64,000 nt of DNA from Spirochaetaceae bacterium (GCA_965224705.1 OZ245056.1:448001-512000); one strand, 5' to 3'. Counted from the first letter of the stretch, positions 39,549 through 50,028 are shown. The notes: a model not told the origin generated them from the letters alone. Translations and numbers: made by a program.

Positions 39549-40160
39549 ATGCGCACGAAAAAACACCCGGATTACTGGACAATGAAGGCCAGAAAACTTG
39601 GATATCCAGCCCGATCGATTTTCAAACTGGAAGAAATTCAAACAAAATGGCATCCGATTCAGAAAAACAAACCTGTTCTTGACATAGGAGCAAGTCCGGG
39701 AAGCTGGACTCTCTTTGTTCTAAGATTAATGGGATCAAACACCCGTATCAGTGCCGTGGATCTCAAAGCCCTCAATATAACTCCCCCTGAGAGTACGAAT
39801 TTCCGCTTCCTGCAAGGCGATGTATTTTCCCCTGAGGCAGCTGATTTTCTACAAACCGGAGGGCCATACGGCTGTATACTCAGCGATGCAGCTCCATCAA
39901 CATCCGGGAACCGTCTGATCGATACCAGTCAATCATTCAGTCTGGTGATGCGTGTTATCGACCTGGCCCGGGAGTATCTTTCTCCAGGAGGAAATCTCGT
40001 CGTCAAGGTGTTTCAGGGAGGGGATGAAAAGATTATTCAGGACTGTCTGAAAAAACTTTTCAAAGAAGTCAAAATATTCAGGCCGGAAGCTGTCAGGAAA
40101 CAGTCAATGGAAACCTACATGACGGGATTACACAGGCTGCCGACCGCCAAAAAACCATGA
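39549..40160 (+). CDS. rlmE: 23S rRNA Um2552 methyltransferase (FtsJ/RrmJ)
   Basis: GYPARSIFKL, LDIGASPGSW, SDAAP, VVKVFQG, ETY. Confidence 0.92.
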   Translation: MRTKKHPDYWTMKARKLGYPARSIFKLEEIQTKWHPIQKNKPVLDIGASPGSWTLFVLRLMGSNTRISAVDLKALNITPPESTNFRFLQGDVFSPEAADFLQTGGPYGCILSDAAPSTSGNRLIDTSQSFSLVMRVIDLAREYLSPGGNLVVKVFQGGDEKIIQDCLKKLFKEVKIFRPEAVRKQSMETYMTGLHRLPTAKKP

Positions 40161-40844
40161 AAACAGGGCACTGACACCGCGATGTGGTTTGGGGCTGCTA
40201 TCCCCGGCAAACAGCATAACATCTTCCTCACGGCCAATAACAAGCAGTATGTCATTGCTTTGAAATCGATAATTCGGATCTGGCAAATGGAAGCTTTCAT
40301 CCCCTCCTCTTCGAAAAGCGACCACGTTGATTCCTTGCTGACGGATATTCATTTCCAGCAGTGTGTGGTTGATCAAATCCTCCGGTATACCAATTTCTGC
40401 AAAAACCAGGCCGCCTGAAATGGTCATATAATTGAACATAAGATCCGATATCAGCAGCGGGGTCAGCCTTTTTGCAGCTTCAATATTGGGAAAAACGACA
40501 TGATGAGCTCCAACGAGTGAAAGAATTTCCCCGTGCTGATCAGTCTCAGCCTTGACTATTATTCTCGGGACTCCAATTTTACTCAGATACTGTGTGACCA
40601 GAATCGATGCTTCTATTTTGTCCCCCAGATCCACAACGACTGCGTCGATATCGGCTGGAATGAGTTTCGTTACAATTTCCTTGTTGATCACATTGGCGAT
40701 ATAGGCCGCTGTCACTTCATTCTTGAAATACTCAATGATCTCGGGATCCTTATCAATGAGAACAATCTCACAGTCAAGAAGGATTAACTCCTCCAGAATT
40801 CTCTGGCCAAAACTACTGGCTCCAATCACAGCATACTGTTTCAT
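40128..40844 (-). CDS. trkA: TrkA/KtrA potassium uptake regulatory subunit
   Basis: YAVIGASSFG RCK-N domain plus RCK-C domain. Confidence 0.9.
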   Translation of the reverse strand: MKQYAVIGASSFGQRILEELILLDCEIVLIDKDPEIIEYFKNEVTAAYIANVINKEIVTKLIPADIDAVVVDLGDKIEASILVTQYLSKIGVPRIIVKAETDQHGEILSLVGAHHVVFPNIEAAKRLTPLLISDLMFNYMTISGGLVFAEIGIPEDLINHTLLEMNIRQQGINVVAFRRGGDESFHLPDPNYRFQSNDILLVIGREEDVMLFAGDSSPKPHRGVSALFSWFFGGRQPV

Positions 40845-42190
40845 CCTATCAATACCTCTCCCCTGGGGAAATCTATCAATCGATCTGCACGAGTGCGAAA
40901 TGAACGCATTATCAGAGAGAATAAACCAACTCGGCCTGTAAACATAGTGACTGCAATAACAACTTTGCCGCCAATAGAAAGATCAGGAGTCAGTCCGGTG
41001 GATAATCCAACCGTAGCCAGAGCTGAAACACATTCGAATATCAAATCCGAGGAAGTAAGCTCTGTTTTCGCCGAGAACTCAATTATACCCAGGGCAAATA
41101 CGGAGACAAGAAGTATGGCAATGGCCTTTAGAAAGAACATTGCAGCACGACTGACATTCACAGCCGTTATTCGCCGTCTCAAAAATCTGATATCGCCCCT
41201 CTCATTCACTCCTCGAAAAAGCAGAAGAAAAAGTATAAAGGCCGTAGACACCTTAAGACCGCCGGCAGTTGACCCCGATCCGCCGCCAATGAGCATGAGT
41301 ACCAGAGTCAGCCAGCGGGATACGGGTGACAATAGGGATTGATCGACAGTATTAAACCCCGCCGTCCGAGTGGTGACGGACTGGAAAAAGGCCGCTAAAA
41401 CACGCTCTTTAGGAGAGAGATTGACAAAAACGCCCGTAGAATCAAATAGAAGATACCCGGAAAATCCAATGAAGATAAATATTGGAGTCGCTATGAGCAT
41501 CAGTTTTGTATGATAGAGAAGTGGTCGGCTCCAGTGCATGATTTTCTGCCGGATATCCCGAATAACCATGAATCCTATACCTCCCATAATAACAAGGAGT
41601 ATAATGGTGAGATTCAGTACAAAGCTGCTGCGAAATGGCACAAAACCGGTACTGAATAAGGAAAAACCCGCATTGCAAAACGCTGATACCGCATGAAACA
41701 GTCCTGCAAACACTGGCCGGGGCACACCGGATCGATAGAAACTGCACGCAAGTATGATAAATCCCAGTCCCTCAATAAACAGTGTTGTCACTATTATGCT
41801 TCTTATTATTGACCGGCTGTTAACAGTATCATCTGAAGCAAAAGAATCTTTGATAAATCGGGTACTCTTAAGGGAAATACGCATCCTGGGTAAAACCAGA
41901 TAAAGCATACTGAAAGTGATAATGCCCAATCCTCCGGTTTGAATAAGAATCAAAATAACGAACTGACCGAAGAGGCTCCAGAGGGATGTATCAATGGTGA
42001 TTAAACCTGTTACACATGTCGCCGATACAGCCGTAAAAAAAGCATCAATGACGGGTACAGAACTTCGGCCGGATGCCCCGCTCCAGCTGACAGGAAGGGC
42101 AAGAAGCAGACTCCCTGCTACAATGAGGAGCAGGAAATAACCATAGAGAACTGTGCGATCCGATGACCAGAAATTGTGATTTTTTTTCAT
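40841..42190 (-). CDS. trkH: TrkH/KtrB potassium uptake membrane subunit
   Basis: SATCVTGL, SAFCNAGF, TTRTAGF, SALATVGLSTG. Confidence 0.92.
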   Translation of the reverse strand: MKKNHNFWSSDRTVLYGYFLLLIVAGSLLLALPVSWSGASGRSSVPVIDAFFTAVSATCVTGLITIDTSLWSLFGQFVILILIQTGGLGIITFSMLYLVLPRMRISLKSTRFIKDSFASDDTVNSRSIIRSIIVTTLFIEGLGFIILACSFYRSGVPRPVFAGLFHAVSAFCNAGFSLFSTGFVPFRSSFVLNLTIILLVIMGGIGFMVIRDIRQKIMHWSRPLLYHTKLMLIATPIFIFIGFSGYLLFDSTGVFVNLSPKERVLAAFFQSVTTRTAGFNTVDQSLLSPVSRWLTLVLMLIGGGSGSTAGGLKVSTAFILFLLLFRGVNERGDIRFLRRRITAVNVSRAAMFFLKAIAILLVSVFALGIIEFSAKTELTSSDLIFECVSALATVGLSTGLTPDLSIGGKVVIAVTMFTGRVGLFSLIMRSFRTRADRLIDFPRGEVLIG

Positions 42191-42380
42191 CCGCTCATAA
42201 GGATAATATCTCTGCAATACTCATGCCAGAGTTTATGACGGATATCCTGCTTTTCAGTATTCGAAAGCCTGCATCCCCGTGACAAGATCAACACTTCACG
42301 GGGCTGTATCTATAATCCGTTACCTTGACAAGAAACTCCATGCGGTGCAATGATACGGTTTATTACTCACAGGAGTCTCT

Positions 42381-42653
42381 ATGCTGCACGAACCCGCCCC
42401 ACAGGACACGTTTGAAGACCATGCGGCTGAATACAAATCGAAAACCGGTATCAAACTGTTCATTGCCTACTCCATAGCGTTTGGAATATTCGTCCTAACG
42501 AATACTTTTGCACCGGAAATCATGGGGATCAAAATTCTTTTTGGTTTGAATCTGGCCATAATTTTTGGCTTCGTGCTCATCATCCTGGCCGTTATTCTTG
42601 GCTTAATCTATAACATCCTCTGTTCGGTAAAAGAGAGGGAACTCAACGAATGA
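42381..42653 (+). CDS. DUF485 small membrane protein
   Basis: Two TM segments, GLNLAIIFG; coupled to actP. Confidence 0.8.
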   Translation: MLHEPAPQDTFEDHAAEYKSKTGIKLFIAYSIAFGIFVLTNTFAPEIMGIKILFGLNLAIIFGFVLIILAVILGLIYNILCSVKERELNE

Positions 42654-44575
42654 CTTATACCCCCCTCCCCCTTGCTGTTATTCTGTTTCTAGCCATTGTA
42701 GCCATCGTCTTACTCATTTCCATCTACTTCTCACGAAAAACAAGTACCTCTAAAGGGTATTTCGCTGCAGGAGGAACCATACCCTGGACAGTGAATGGAA
42801 TTGCCTTTGCTGGAGATTATCTATCAGCGGCAAGTTTCCTTGGAATCTGCGGATTGATTGCCACAGTAGGATTCGATGGTTTTCTCTATTCCATCGGCTA
42901 TCTGGCCGGCTGGGTCGTGGCATTGTTCGTGGTTGCCGAACCCATGAAAAAACTGGGCCGATATACCTTTGCCGATGCTCTGGATGCAAAATTTCAATCA
43001 AAGGGTATTCAACTGACGGCCGGTATCAGCACTCTCATCGTCTCCATTTTCTATCTCATCCCCCAGATGGTAGGAGCCGGAGCTCTCGTTACCCCCCTGT
43101 TGGGACTACCTCACTGGGCTGGTGTTGTAATCGTGGGAAGCATAGTCACCTTCATTGTAGCCACAGCCGGGATGCAGTCCACAACCTACGTCCAGTTTAT
43201 CAAAGGCTCCCTGCTTATCATATTCTCACTTGTACTCACCGTCATTTTATTGGTCAATGGACTGGATACTGACCCGGATTATGAGCGATTCAAAAAACCT
43301 GAAGAAATAAGTGTTGAAATGAACGGCAGCCTTGTCCGCCATGTCAGCGAAGGATTCACTCTCATTGATCAGATAGAGTCAGGGGAATACACCCTTGTTG
43401 CCCTGGAAAAGGATAATAGACAAACATGGTGGAGCCTTGATACAGAATCATCGGTACCCGTACTCAAAGAAGCACTGTCCAGGACGAAGAAATCCGATGG
43501 TTCCATACTCTACAACGGTGCCCCCAAAACCGATGAGAAGTTCTACTCAGTGGGTAGAATGAGCCGAATCTGGATTGATGGCCGTGAGACAAATAGTACA
43601 GGACGATTGAACGTGGTTACTTATTTAAGAGCCATACAGAATGGTCATGTGATCCGTTATGCAAAGAAATCCCTTAAACTCAATGGGGACAGTATCACTA
43701 TCTGGGCACAGAATCCAACCAGTGGCGAAGAATTCATGAAACCAGGGCTGAAGTACAAAATGGGGAAGGGTTCAAGTATCTTCTCAAGACTGGATTTTGT
43801 TTCTCTGATGCTTGCCCTGTTTTTTGGAACAGCAGCTCTGCCGCACATCCTTATCAGATACTACACAGTTCCCAGTCCCAGGGATGCCCGCCGTTCGACT
43901 ATAGTAGCCATCGCTGCAATTGGTTTCTTCTACATATTGACCCTGTACTTAGGTCTGGGTGCCGCAACCAATGGTGTTCTCGATGTAGAATCCAGCAATA
44001 TGGCCGCTCCACTGCTGGCCAAAAGCTTCGGGACTCTTCTGTTTGCAATAATTTCTGCCATTGCCTTCGCCACCGTACTTGGTACTGTAAGCGGACTCAT
44101 AGTCGCATCCTCCGGTGCCGTGGCCCACGACTTGATATCCCAGTATGCGAATGTGCGATTCTCCGATCAGGGCAAAGTTCGCGCTGGAAAGATTGCAGCT
44201 GTCATTGTTGGAATTGTCGCAATACTTCTTGGAATTCTATTCAAAGGGATGAATGTCAGTTTCCTGGTCGGCTGGGCTTTTGCGGTAGCCGCTTCCGCCA
44301 ATCTTCCCTCGATTATGATGATGCTGTTCTGGACAAAAACGACCGCCAGAGGCATTACGGCATCCGTACTCATCGGCATGACCTCCTCCATGCTCCTCAT
44401 CCTGATTTCGCCGAGTATGTTTGAACGCTATGGACTGGATGCTGCCATGGCCCCCATTCCATTTGACAATCCCGGGATAATCTCAATTCCCCTGAGCTTC
44501 CTGACCATTGTCATCGTTTCATTCCTTACTCAGAGAAATGATATTGCAGAAGTCGGCATGGTTATCGAATCCTGA
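42650..44575 (+). CDS. actP: Cation/acetate symporter (SSS family)
   Basis: NGIAFAGDYLSAASFLG, GTAALPHILIRYYTVP, AFAVAASAN. Confidence 0.88.
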   Translation: MTYTPLPLAVILFLAIVAIVLLISIYFSRKTSTSKGYFAAGGTIPWTVNGIAFAGDYLSAASFLGICGLIATVGFDGFLYSIGYLAGWVVALFVVAEPMKKLGRYTFADALDAKFQSKGIQLTAGISTLIVSIFYLIPQMVGAGALVTPLLGLPHWAGVVIVGSIVTFIVATAGMQSTTYVQFIKGSLLIIFSLVLTVILLVNGLDTDPDYERFKKPEEISVEMNGSLVRHVSEGFTLIDQIESGEYTLVALEKDNRQTWWSLDTESSVPVLKEALSRTKKSDGSILYNGAPKTDEKFYSVGRMSRIWIDGRETNSTGRLNVVTYLRAIQNGHVIRYAKKSLKLNGDSITIWAQNPTSGEEFMKPGLKYKMGKGSSIFSRLDFVSLMLALFFGTAALPHILIRYYTVPSPRDARRSTIVAIAAIGFFYILTLYLGLGAATNGVLDVESSNMAAPLLAKSFGTLLFAIISAIAFATVLGTVSGLIVASSGAVAHDLISQYANVRFSDQGKVRAGKIAAVIVGIVAILLGILFKGMNVSFLVGWAFAVAASANLPSIMMMLFWTKTTARGITASVLIGMTSSMLLILISPSMFERYGLDAAMAPIPFDNPGIISIPLSFLTIVIVSFLTQRNDIAEVGMVIES

Positions 44576-44601
44576 CACGGCCCATCCAGGAGTGATTGCA
44601 C

Positions 44602-45825
44602 ATGAGAGTTTTCGTACTGGTTATTGACAGCTTCGGTATTGGAGCTCTGCCTGATGCGGCAAAGTATGGTGATACCGGGGCCAATACGGCCGTGGGAATT
44701 GGTAAGGCTGTTGGAGGGGTAAACTGGCCGAATCTCCAATCCTGGGGATTGGGCAATGCGGCCAGCCTCGTAGACCGGCCTGTCGCTGGATGTCCCCCTG
44801 TTCCCTGTACAGGCAGCCAGTTCGGGGGGATGCGAGAGAAGTCTCCAGGAAAGGATACAACCACAGGGCATTGGGAACTGGCTGGAATCGAATTGGAGGA
44901 ACCCTTTCACAACTTTCCGGAGGAGTTCCCCTCATTCCCCGATGCATTGATTCGGGATTTTGTGGCCGAAACGGGTGTGTCGGGCATACTTGGCAACAAG
45001 GCCGCTTCGGGAACAGTCATCATTGAAGAATTGGGTGAGGAACATTTACGCACTGGCAAGCCAATCTGCTATACATCGGCCGACTCAGTTTTTCAGATTG
45101 CTGCTCATGTTGATGTATTCCCCAAAGATGAATTGTATCGTCTGTGCGAGATTGCCCGCCGCCTGTGTGATCCATATCAGGTGGGCCGAACAATCGCCCG
45201 TCCATTTGAAGGCAAACCGGGTAGTTTTTCAAGAACGAAGGACAGACATGACTGGTCCATTGATCTTCCGAATAAATCCTTACTTGATTTCCTCCACGAA
45301 GAGGGAGTTCAGACCGTTGGCGTGGGGAAAATCGGATCGATTTTCAACGAGCAGGGAATTGAGATATCATATCACGATGCGGGAAACCCCGCCTGTCTGG
45401 AGCGGGTAATCTCCATCGCCGGAGAAAAATCCTCAAGGGATCAATTTGTGTTCGTCAACCTGGTGGACACTGATATGATATATGGCCATCGCCGTGATCC
45501 TCAGGGCTACCATGATGCTGTGGCTGCCATCGACAGTGCTCTGCCCCTCATTACTCAGAAACTGGACAGAGATGATTTCATCATCATCACAGCCGATCAT
45601 GGTTGTGATCCCACGTTCAAGGGAACCGATCATACTCGGGAACATGTACCGATACTGGTGAATAGAATTGCGTCTCCACCACAGCAGGCCGACGATAACT
45701 CCCTGGGAATACGGGAGGGTTTTTCCGATCTCTCGGCTTCCATTCAACACATGTTTGGGAAGGAAATCAAAGGTCCCGGAACATCATTTTTCAGGGCTGA
45801 ACGCAGCAGTACCGAGAGTTTGTAA
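44602..45825 (+). CDS. deoB: Phosphopentomutase
   Basis: VIDSFGIG, GKDTTTGHWE, YTSADS, YGHRRD, TADHGCDP..TDHTRE. Confidence 0.96.
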   Translation: MRVFVLVIDSFGIGALPDAAKYGDTGANTAVGIGKAVGGVNWPNLQSWGLGNAASLVDRPVAGCPPVPCTGSQFGGMREKSPGKDTTTGHWELAGIELEEPFHNFPEEFPSFPDALIRDFVAETGVSGILGNKAASGTVIIEELGEEHLRTGKPICYTSADSVFQIAAHVDVFPKDELYRLCEIARRLCDPYQVGRTIARPFEGKPGSFSRTKDRHDWSIDLPNKSLLDFLHEEGVQTVGVGKIGSIFNEQGIEISYHDAGNPACLERVISIAGEKSSRDQFVFVNLVDTDMIYGHRRDPQGYHDAVAAIDSALPLITQKLDRDDFIIITADHGCDPTFKGTDHTREHVPILVNRIASPPQQADDNSLGIREGFSDLSASIQHMFGKEIKGPGTSFFRAERSSTESL

Positions 45826-46233
45826 TAGCCTGTTTAATAGCTCAGTATTGATTGATAATTCAGATTTAAGCTGACACTTCTTCAAAATCTAATGAAGTCA
45901 AGATCTTCAGACTGTTGTGTGGAATAGGTTTCATGTCTCAATGCAGCCGGGCAAATCCCCTACAGGGTACGGTCGCAGGAGAATAGGCATTAATGATGAA
46001 GGCATTCGCACACTGATTTGCTCAACGCATCAATGGCTGGAAATTCTTCAAAAACCGTTATTCTCTTCCATTCGAGAGAGCTGAAGTTGATGCCCTGTTC
46101 CACACGATACCCTGAAGAACCGATTTATCACAGATTTCGTCAGGGTCAGCATAATGACCGAAGATGTATTTCACACTCACTTTTTCTTGCTCATGGCCGA
46201 ACAAACTTGAGGCTGATCGGCTAACCATCTTTC

Positions 46234-46881
46234 CTAAAACCACTGTGAAATTCCGATATAAACCAGAGACAGTGCAAGTAGAATGCTAATAATTCGTAGA
46301 GAGAGGGGGTTTTTGAAGACCGAGGATATGAACACTCCGCCCAGAGTCCAGGTCAGGGCGGAACAGGTACTGACGAGCATGATTATTGACTGAGAGTACA
46401 GCACCGTGGAGACTGTCCGCGAAGCCGGGAGGGACCCCAGAGCACTCAGGGCGAAAAACCAGGCCTTAATGTTGATCCACTGAAAGAAAAAGGCCGCCCA
46501 GAACCCCAGAGGCTTGTATTGTTTTTTCCCCTGGGGTCCGCCATCGCCGCCATCAGGATCGGCGGAATCGGAGGTATGGTCTTCGTCCTTCCCCTTCGCT
46601 GGAAGGGTTAGCCTGATCATTCGGTACGCCAGATAGGCAAAATACACGGAGCCGATGCTTTTAATGATTACATCAAACAAGGAGAAACGAGTGATGAGGG
46701 CGTAAATCCCCATGTTGATACAGAAGAACAAAAAACTGAATCCCGCCACAATTCCCGCGATATGACGGCGTGTTTCTGCCAGACCGAAGTATATTCCGGA
46801 TTGCATGAGCATACTGTTGTTGGGTCCGGGGGTGAAGGCCGCGATGACGGAAAGAATCAAAAACTTCCATAGATACGTCAT
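46234..46881 (-). CDS. LysE-family exporter
   Basis: FTPGPNN, YFAYLAY, FQWINIKAW. Confidence 0.88.
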   Translation of the reverse strand: MTYLWKFLILSVIAAFTPGPNNSMLMQSGIYFGLAETRRHIAGIVAGFSFLFFCINMGIYALITRFSLFDVIIKSIGSVYFAYLAYRMIRLTLPAKGKDEDHTSDSADPDGGDGGPQGKKQYKPLGFWAAFFFQWINIKAWFFALSALGSLPASRTVSTVLYSQSIIMLVSTCSALTWTLGGVFISSVFKNPLSLRIISILLALSLVYIGISQWF

Positions 46882-46986
46882 GGGATTAGTATATCAGGTA
46901 ATGGAAAAAATTTTGCCTCCCAGAAGGAAATGAGATGGTGGACAAACTGAGAATTATTGAGTTATTCTACTTGGGGTGGTGGGGCC

Positions 46987-47421
46987 ATGGAAGATAAGAC
47001 GTACAAAATCATGATCCACGCTCCCAGGCGCCATGTCTGGGACATTATGCTGGGCGAGCAGACCTATCCTTTATGGATCAAAGGTTTTTCCGAGAACTCA
47101 GAAATGATCGGCGAATGGAGGCAGGGTACCGAGGTCGATTTCATCGATACCGGCAGGGGAGGCACCCGGGCGATCCTTGAGGTGGTTGAGGAGCCTGGCC
47201 GCGTTCTCGCAAGGCATATAGCCGTGTTAAATAAAGACGGGAAGCCCCAAACCAGGGGCATGGAGAACTGGATTGGAACGAGAGAAGAATACCTCCTGAA
47301 GGAAGAGAAAGGTGGCACCGCTTTGACCATCCTGATGCATTACCATCCCGACTATGAGCAAATGCTTGATGAAGGATGGGGCGTGTCTTTACAATTACTC
47401 AAAGAGCTCTGTGAACGATAG
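46987..47421 (+). CDS. SRPBCC/AHSA1-like protein
   Basis: IHAPRRHVW..YPLW..GEWRQG..W..SLQLLKELCE. Confidence 0.8.
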   Translation: MEDKTYKIMIHAPRRHVWDIMLGEQTYPLWIKGFSENSEMIGEWRQGTEVDFIDTGRGGTRAILEVVEEPGRVLARHIAVLNKDGKPQTRGMENWIGTREEYLLKEEKGGTALTILMHYHPDYEQMLDEGWGVSLQLLKELCER

Positions 47422-47565
47422 AGATTCCCCATCTACCATCCACGCAGAAAACACATCCCTCCACAACCTGTGAAAAACCAGGAGAATTTCATCCGAATTT
47501 CATCCGGTAGATCAAGAACTTGATTTAATCAGAAAAAGATGTGTATTTAATATCCAGAGAAGAGA

Positions 47566-47700
47566 ATGATAAGTAGTTATATCGTTGATAATTCTGAACT
47601 TAATGCTGATTTTATCGAAGGGTTAAAGAAAGCGTATTCCAATGAAGAATAGAGTTGATTCTTTACGAAGATCAGGATGAAACCAGGTATTTACAATGTT
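47566..47700 (+). pseudogene. Frameshifted remnant of a small antitoxin-like gene
   Basis: MISSYIVDNSELNADFIEGLKKAYSN, then shifted frame RIELILYEDQDETRYLQ. Confidence 0.45.
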
Positions 47701-47731
47701 GAACCTGGGGTAAGAATTCTTTTCAGTCGGA

Positions 47732-49495
47732 TTATGCCTCGCAATACAGGGACAATTCCTTCCCTCGAAAGCCAATCCCCAGAACCAACAATTCCTTCGG
47801 ATGCCATTTCTCCTTAACCCCGTCAAGGTATCCCTCCACCGCCTGGGCATAAGCGGCCTGGGCCAAGGCTTCCAGCGAGGTATCAGCAGAGGTGTTTCCC
47901 TGCTTAAACTCGAACACAAAAGCCTCTTCGGCCCGGGTAGGATCGCTTCCCTTTCTGACCACCACAATGTCCGAACGGCCTCTCCCGTACTCCCGGTTGC
48001 TGTCCACGGTATAAGACGAACCAAGATAGGCCAGAAGACCCAGCACCAGGCCGTGGTAGAAGTTTTCCCGTCTGTCCTCCTCGTCCCGTGCACTATCGTA
48101 ATAACTGGCCAGGCCAAACAGGATTCGCCTCAGGCCCCGTTCAATCAGCCTGGGATTGGCTTCTCTGATGCCGCCGACAAAGTCTATAAAATCATCGTTG
48201 ACGGACAGATCCTCCTTCAGCCAGCTCCGCACCACGGTCTCCCAGGCCGTCTCCACTTCCAGGTTGGGAATGGAAAGCCTCCATGTGATATGCGTGTGTT
48301 CCTGCTGCCTTTCGGAGGCCTTGAGATAGCCGCTGTGGAGAAGAAAACTCCATACAACATCCGGATCGTTTTCTATCTGGGTGTAGGGAATGTTGGTTAA
48401 GAGCGGCTTGCGCACTTCCTCTTTCCGCAGGAGTTTTTCTGTTGTCATTATCGCATCCCGGCGCTTTAATTTGATGACTTCCTTGACGAGTCTGTTGTCG
48501 CTGGTGCTTATCCAGTGGGGGCGCAGTCCGGCTTTGGGACGACTAAGAAAACTGACGATGCTCCAGGGATTGTAGATGACGGTTTCCCTGCCGAAGAGGT
48601 AGCCGTTGTACCACTGTTTTATGCCGTCCATGGTGCTTTCCAGACCAAAGTGAGCGGCCATGGTTTCCACCTCGGATTCTGTGAACCCGAATGTGTCTTC
48701 AATTTCCGGATCCAGCAATGTGCTTACTCTGGGATTGTTGAAATCGCTGAATATGCTCTCCTGGGCGATTTTCAGTATGCCGATAAGCACAGCCTGCTTC
48801 AGATGGGGGTTGTCCTTGAAGCTTTGCACCATGAAGCTGCGGACGAAGGCGATCATCTCGTCGTAGTACCTATCCACATGGGCCGAATGCAGGGGTGTGT
48901 CGTACTCGTCCAGAAGGATGTATGGAGGTTTGCCGTAGGCGCGGTGAAGCCAGGCGGAGAGGTATTTGAGTGACTTTTCAAAATCGTCTTCCCCGGCTTC
49001 TTTTTGAAGGATTCTCTTGAAGAAGGACTTCTCATGTGCTGAAATGCAGTCGTATTCCAGCAAGTAACCATGGCGGATAAATTCATCCGAGATGACATCT
49101 TTGATGAAATTCAGACTTTTTTCAAATGTTGATTTCTTCACATCCTTGAAACTGATGTGGATGACCGGATACTGCCCCATGAACTCGGCACAGCGCGGAT
49201 GGGAGGCGATGAGACGGTCTTTGAACAAATAGGCATTGGATGGAAGAGCCTGGCGTAGGCGAAGTCGGGCAAGCCATTTTGGCCCCTTTCGTTCTTTCGG
49301 CGAAGATGGAGCCTCCATGAAGTAGCGGATCATGCTCAGGTTCAGGGTTTTGCCGAATCGGCGGGGACGGGTTATAAGATGGACTTCGCAGGGATTATCA
49401 ATAAGGTAACGGATAAGATGGGTCTTATCGACAAAGTAGCAGCCCTCGTCGATAAATTTTTTGAAATCCGATATGCCCAGGTGCAAGGTTTGCAT
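47732..49495 (-). CDS. AAA-ATPase_like plus PD-(D/E)XK (DUF1703/PDDEXK_9) protein, paralogue A
   Basis: YFVDKT, RPRRFGKTLNLSM, LLDEYD, WYNGY, YNPWS, SNREYGRGRSD..FEFK. Confidence 0.92.
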   Translation of the reverse strand: MQTLHLGISDFKKFIDEGCYFVDKTHLIRYLIDNPCEVHLITRPRRFGKTLNLSMIRYFMEAPSSPKERKGPKWLARLRLRQALPSNAYLFKDRLIASHPRCAEFMGQYPVIHISFKDVKKSTFEKSLNFIKDVISDEFIRHGYLLEYDCISAHEKSFFKRILQKEAGEDDFEKSLKYLSAWLHRAYGKPPYILLDEYDTPLHSAHVDRYYDEMIAFVRSFMVQSFKDNPHLKQAVLIGILKIAQESIFSDFNNPRVSTLLDPEIEDTFGFTESEVETMAAHFGLESTMDGIKQWYNGYLFGRETVIYNPWSIVSFLSRPKAGLRPHWISTSDNRLVKEVIKLKRRDAIMTTEKLLRKEEVRKPLLTNIPYTQIENDPDVVWSFLLHSGYLKASERQQEHTHITWRLSIPNLEVETAWETVVRSWLKEDLSVNDDFIDFVGGIREANPRLIERGLRRILFGLASYYDSARDEEDRRENFYHGLVLGLLAYLGSSYTVDSNREYGRGRSDIVVVRKGSDPTRAEEAFVFEFKQGNTSADTSLEALAQAAYAQAVEGYLDGVKEKWHPKELLVLGIGFRGKELSLYCEA

Positions 49496-49589
49496 AATTT
49501 TGCATTATAGCGGAATGCTATGGGGAATGGAAGCAAGAGCGAAAGTTCGATAAGGGTAACTTAAAATGGACTGGAAAATGCTCCCGCCT

Positions 49590-49900
49590 GAGAGTTTGCC
49601 GGACTCTAAGAATTCGAAGCGATTTTTATGATTTTTCCTGATGCAAGGCGACCTGTCCGCCGACAGGCGGGCAAAAACTTAAGCGCGGCTGGGCTGCGGG
49701 AATACTATGAGTCTGTCGGACTTTAAGACTTCGAGGCGATTTTTGATGATTTTTTTCCGATACAAGGCGGCAAAAGCGGAGCGTAGCTGGGCTCCGTGAG
49801 CATTTTGACAACGCGGTAGCGGGAAAAAAGGGCAAAAATCGAGCCGTGAGGCGTAAGTCCGACAGACTCCTATGGCAACGCAGCAGGAAACAGGGTGATT
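49590..49900. mobile_element. Nested MITEs: intact 161-bp copy (49709-49869) inside an older diverged copy
   Basis: Inner TIRs as at 36109, flanked by CTAT at 49705 and 49870; outer halves rejoin to gctgcgggaatactatggcaacgcagcag. Confidence 0.85.
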
Positions 49901-50028
49901 GTTGTTCCAAAAAAAGCATTCTCTTCGTGCACTCTTAAAAACCGCTGTCTTTTCATCATCTTACCGGTTTTTGACAGGTTGTGGGGGATAGTATTCTCTT
50001 AAGTGAATGGTAAATGGGGAACTTCTAA

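Noticed and set aside
45850..46230. Short ORFs or riboswitch between deoB and the LysE gene
   Set aside because: No recognisable motif, and the region lies between convergent 3' ends.
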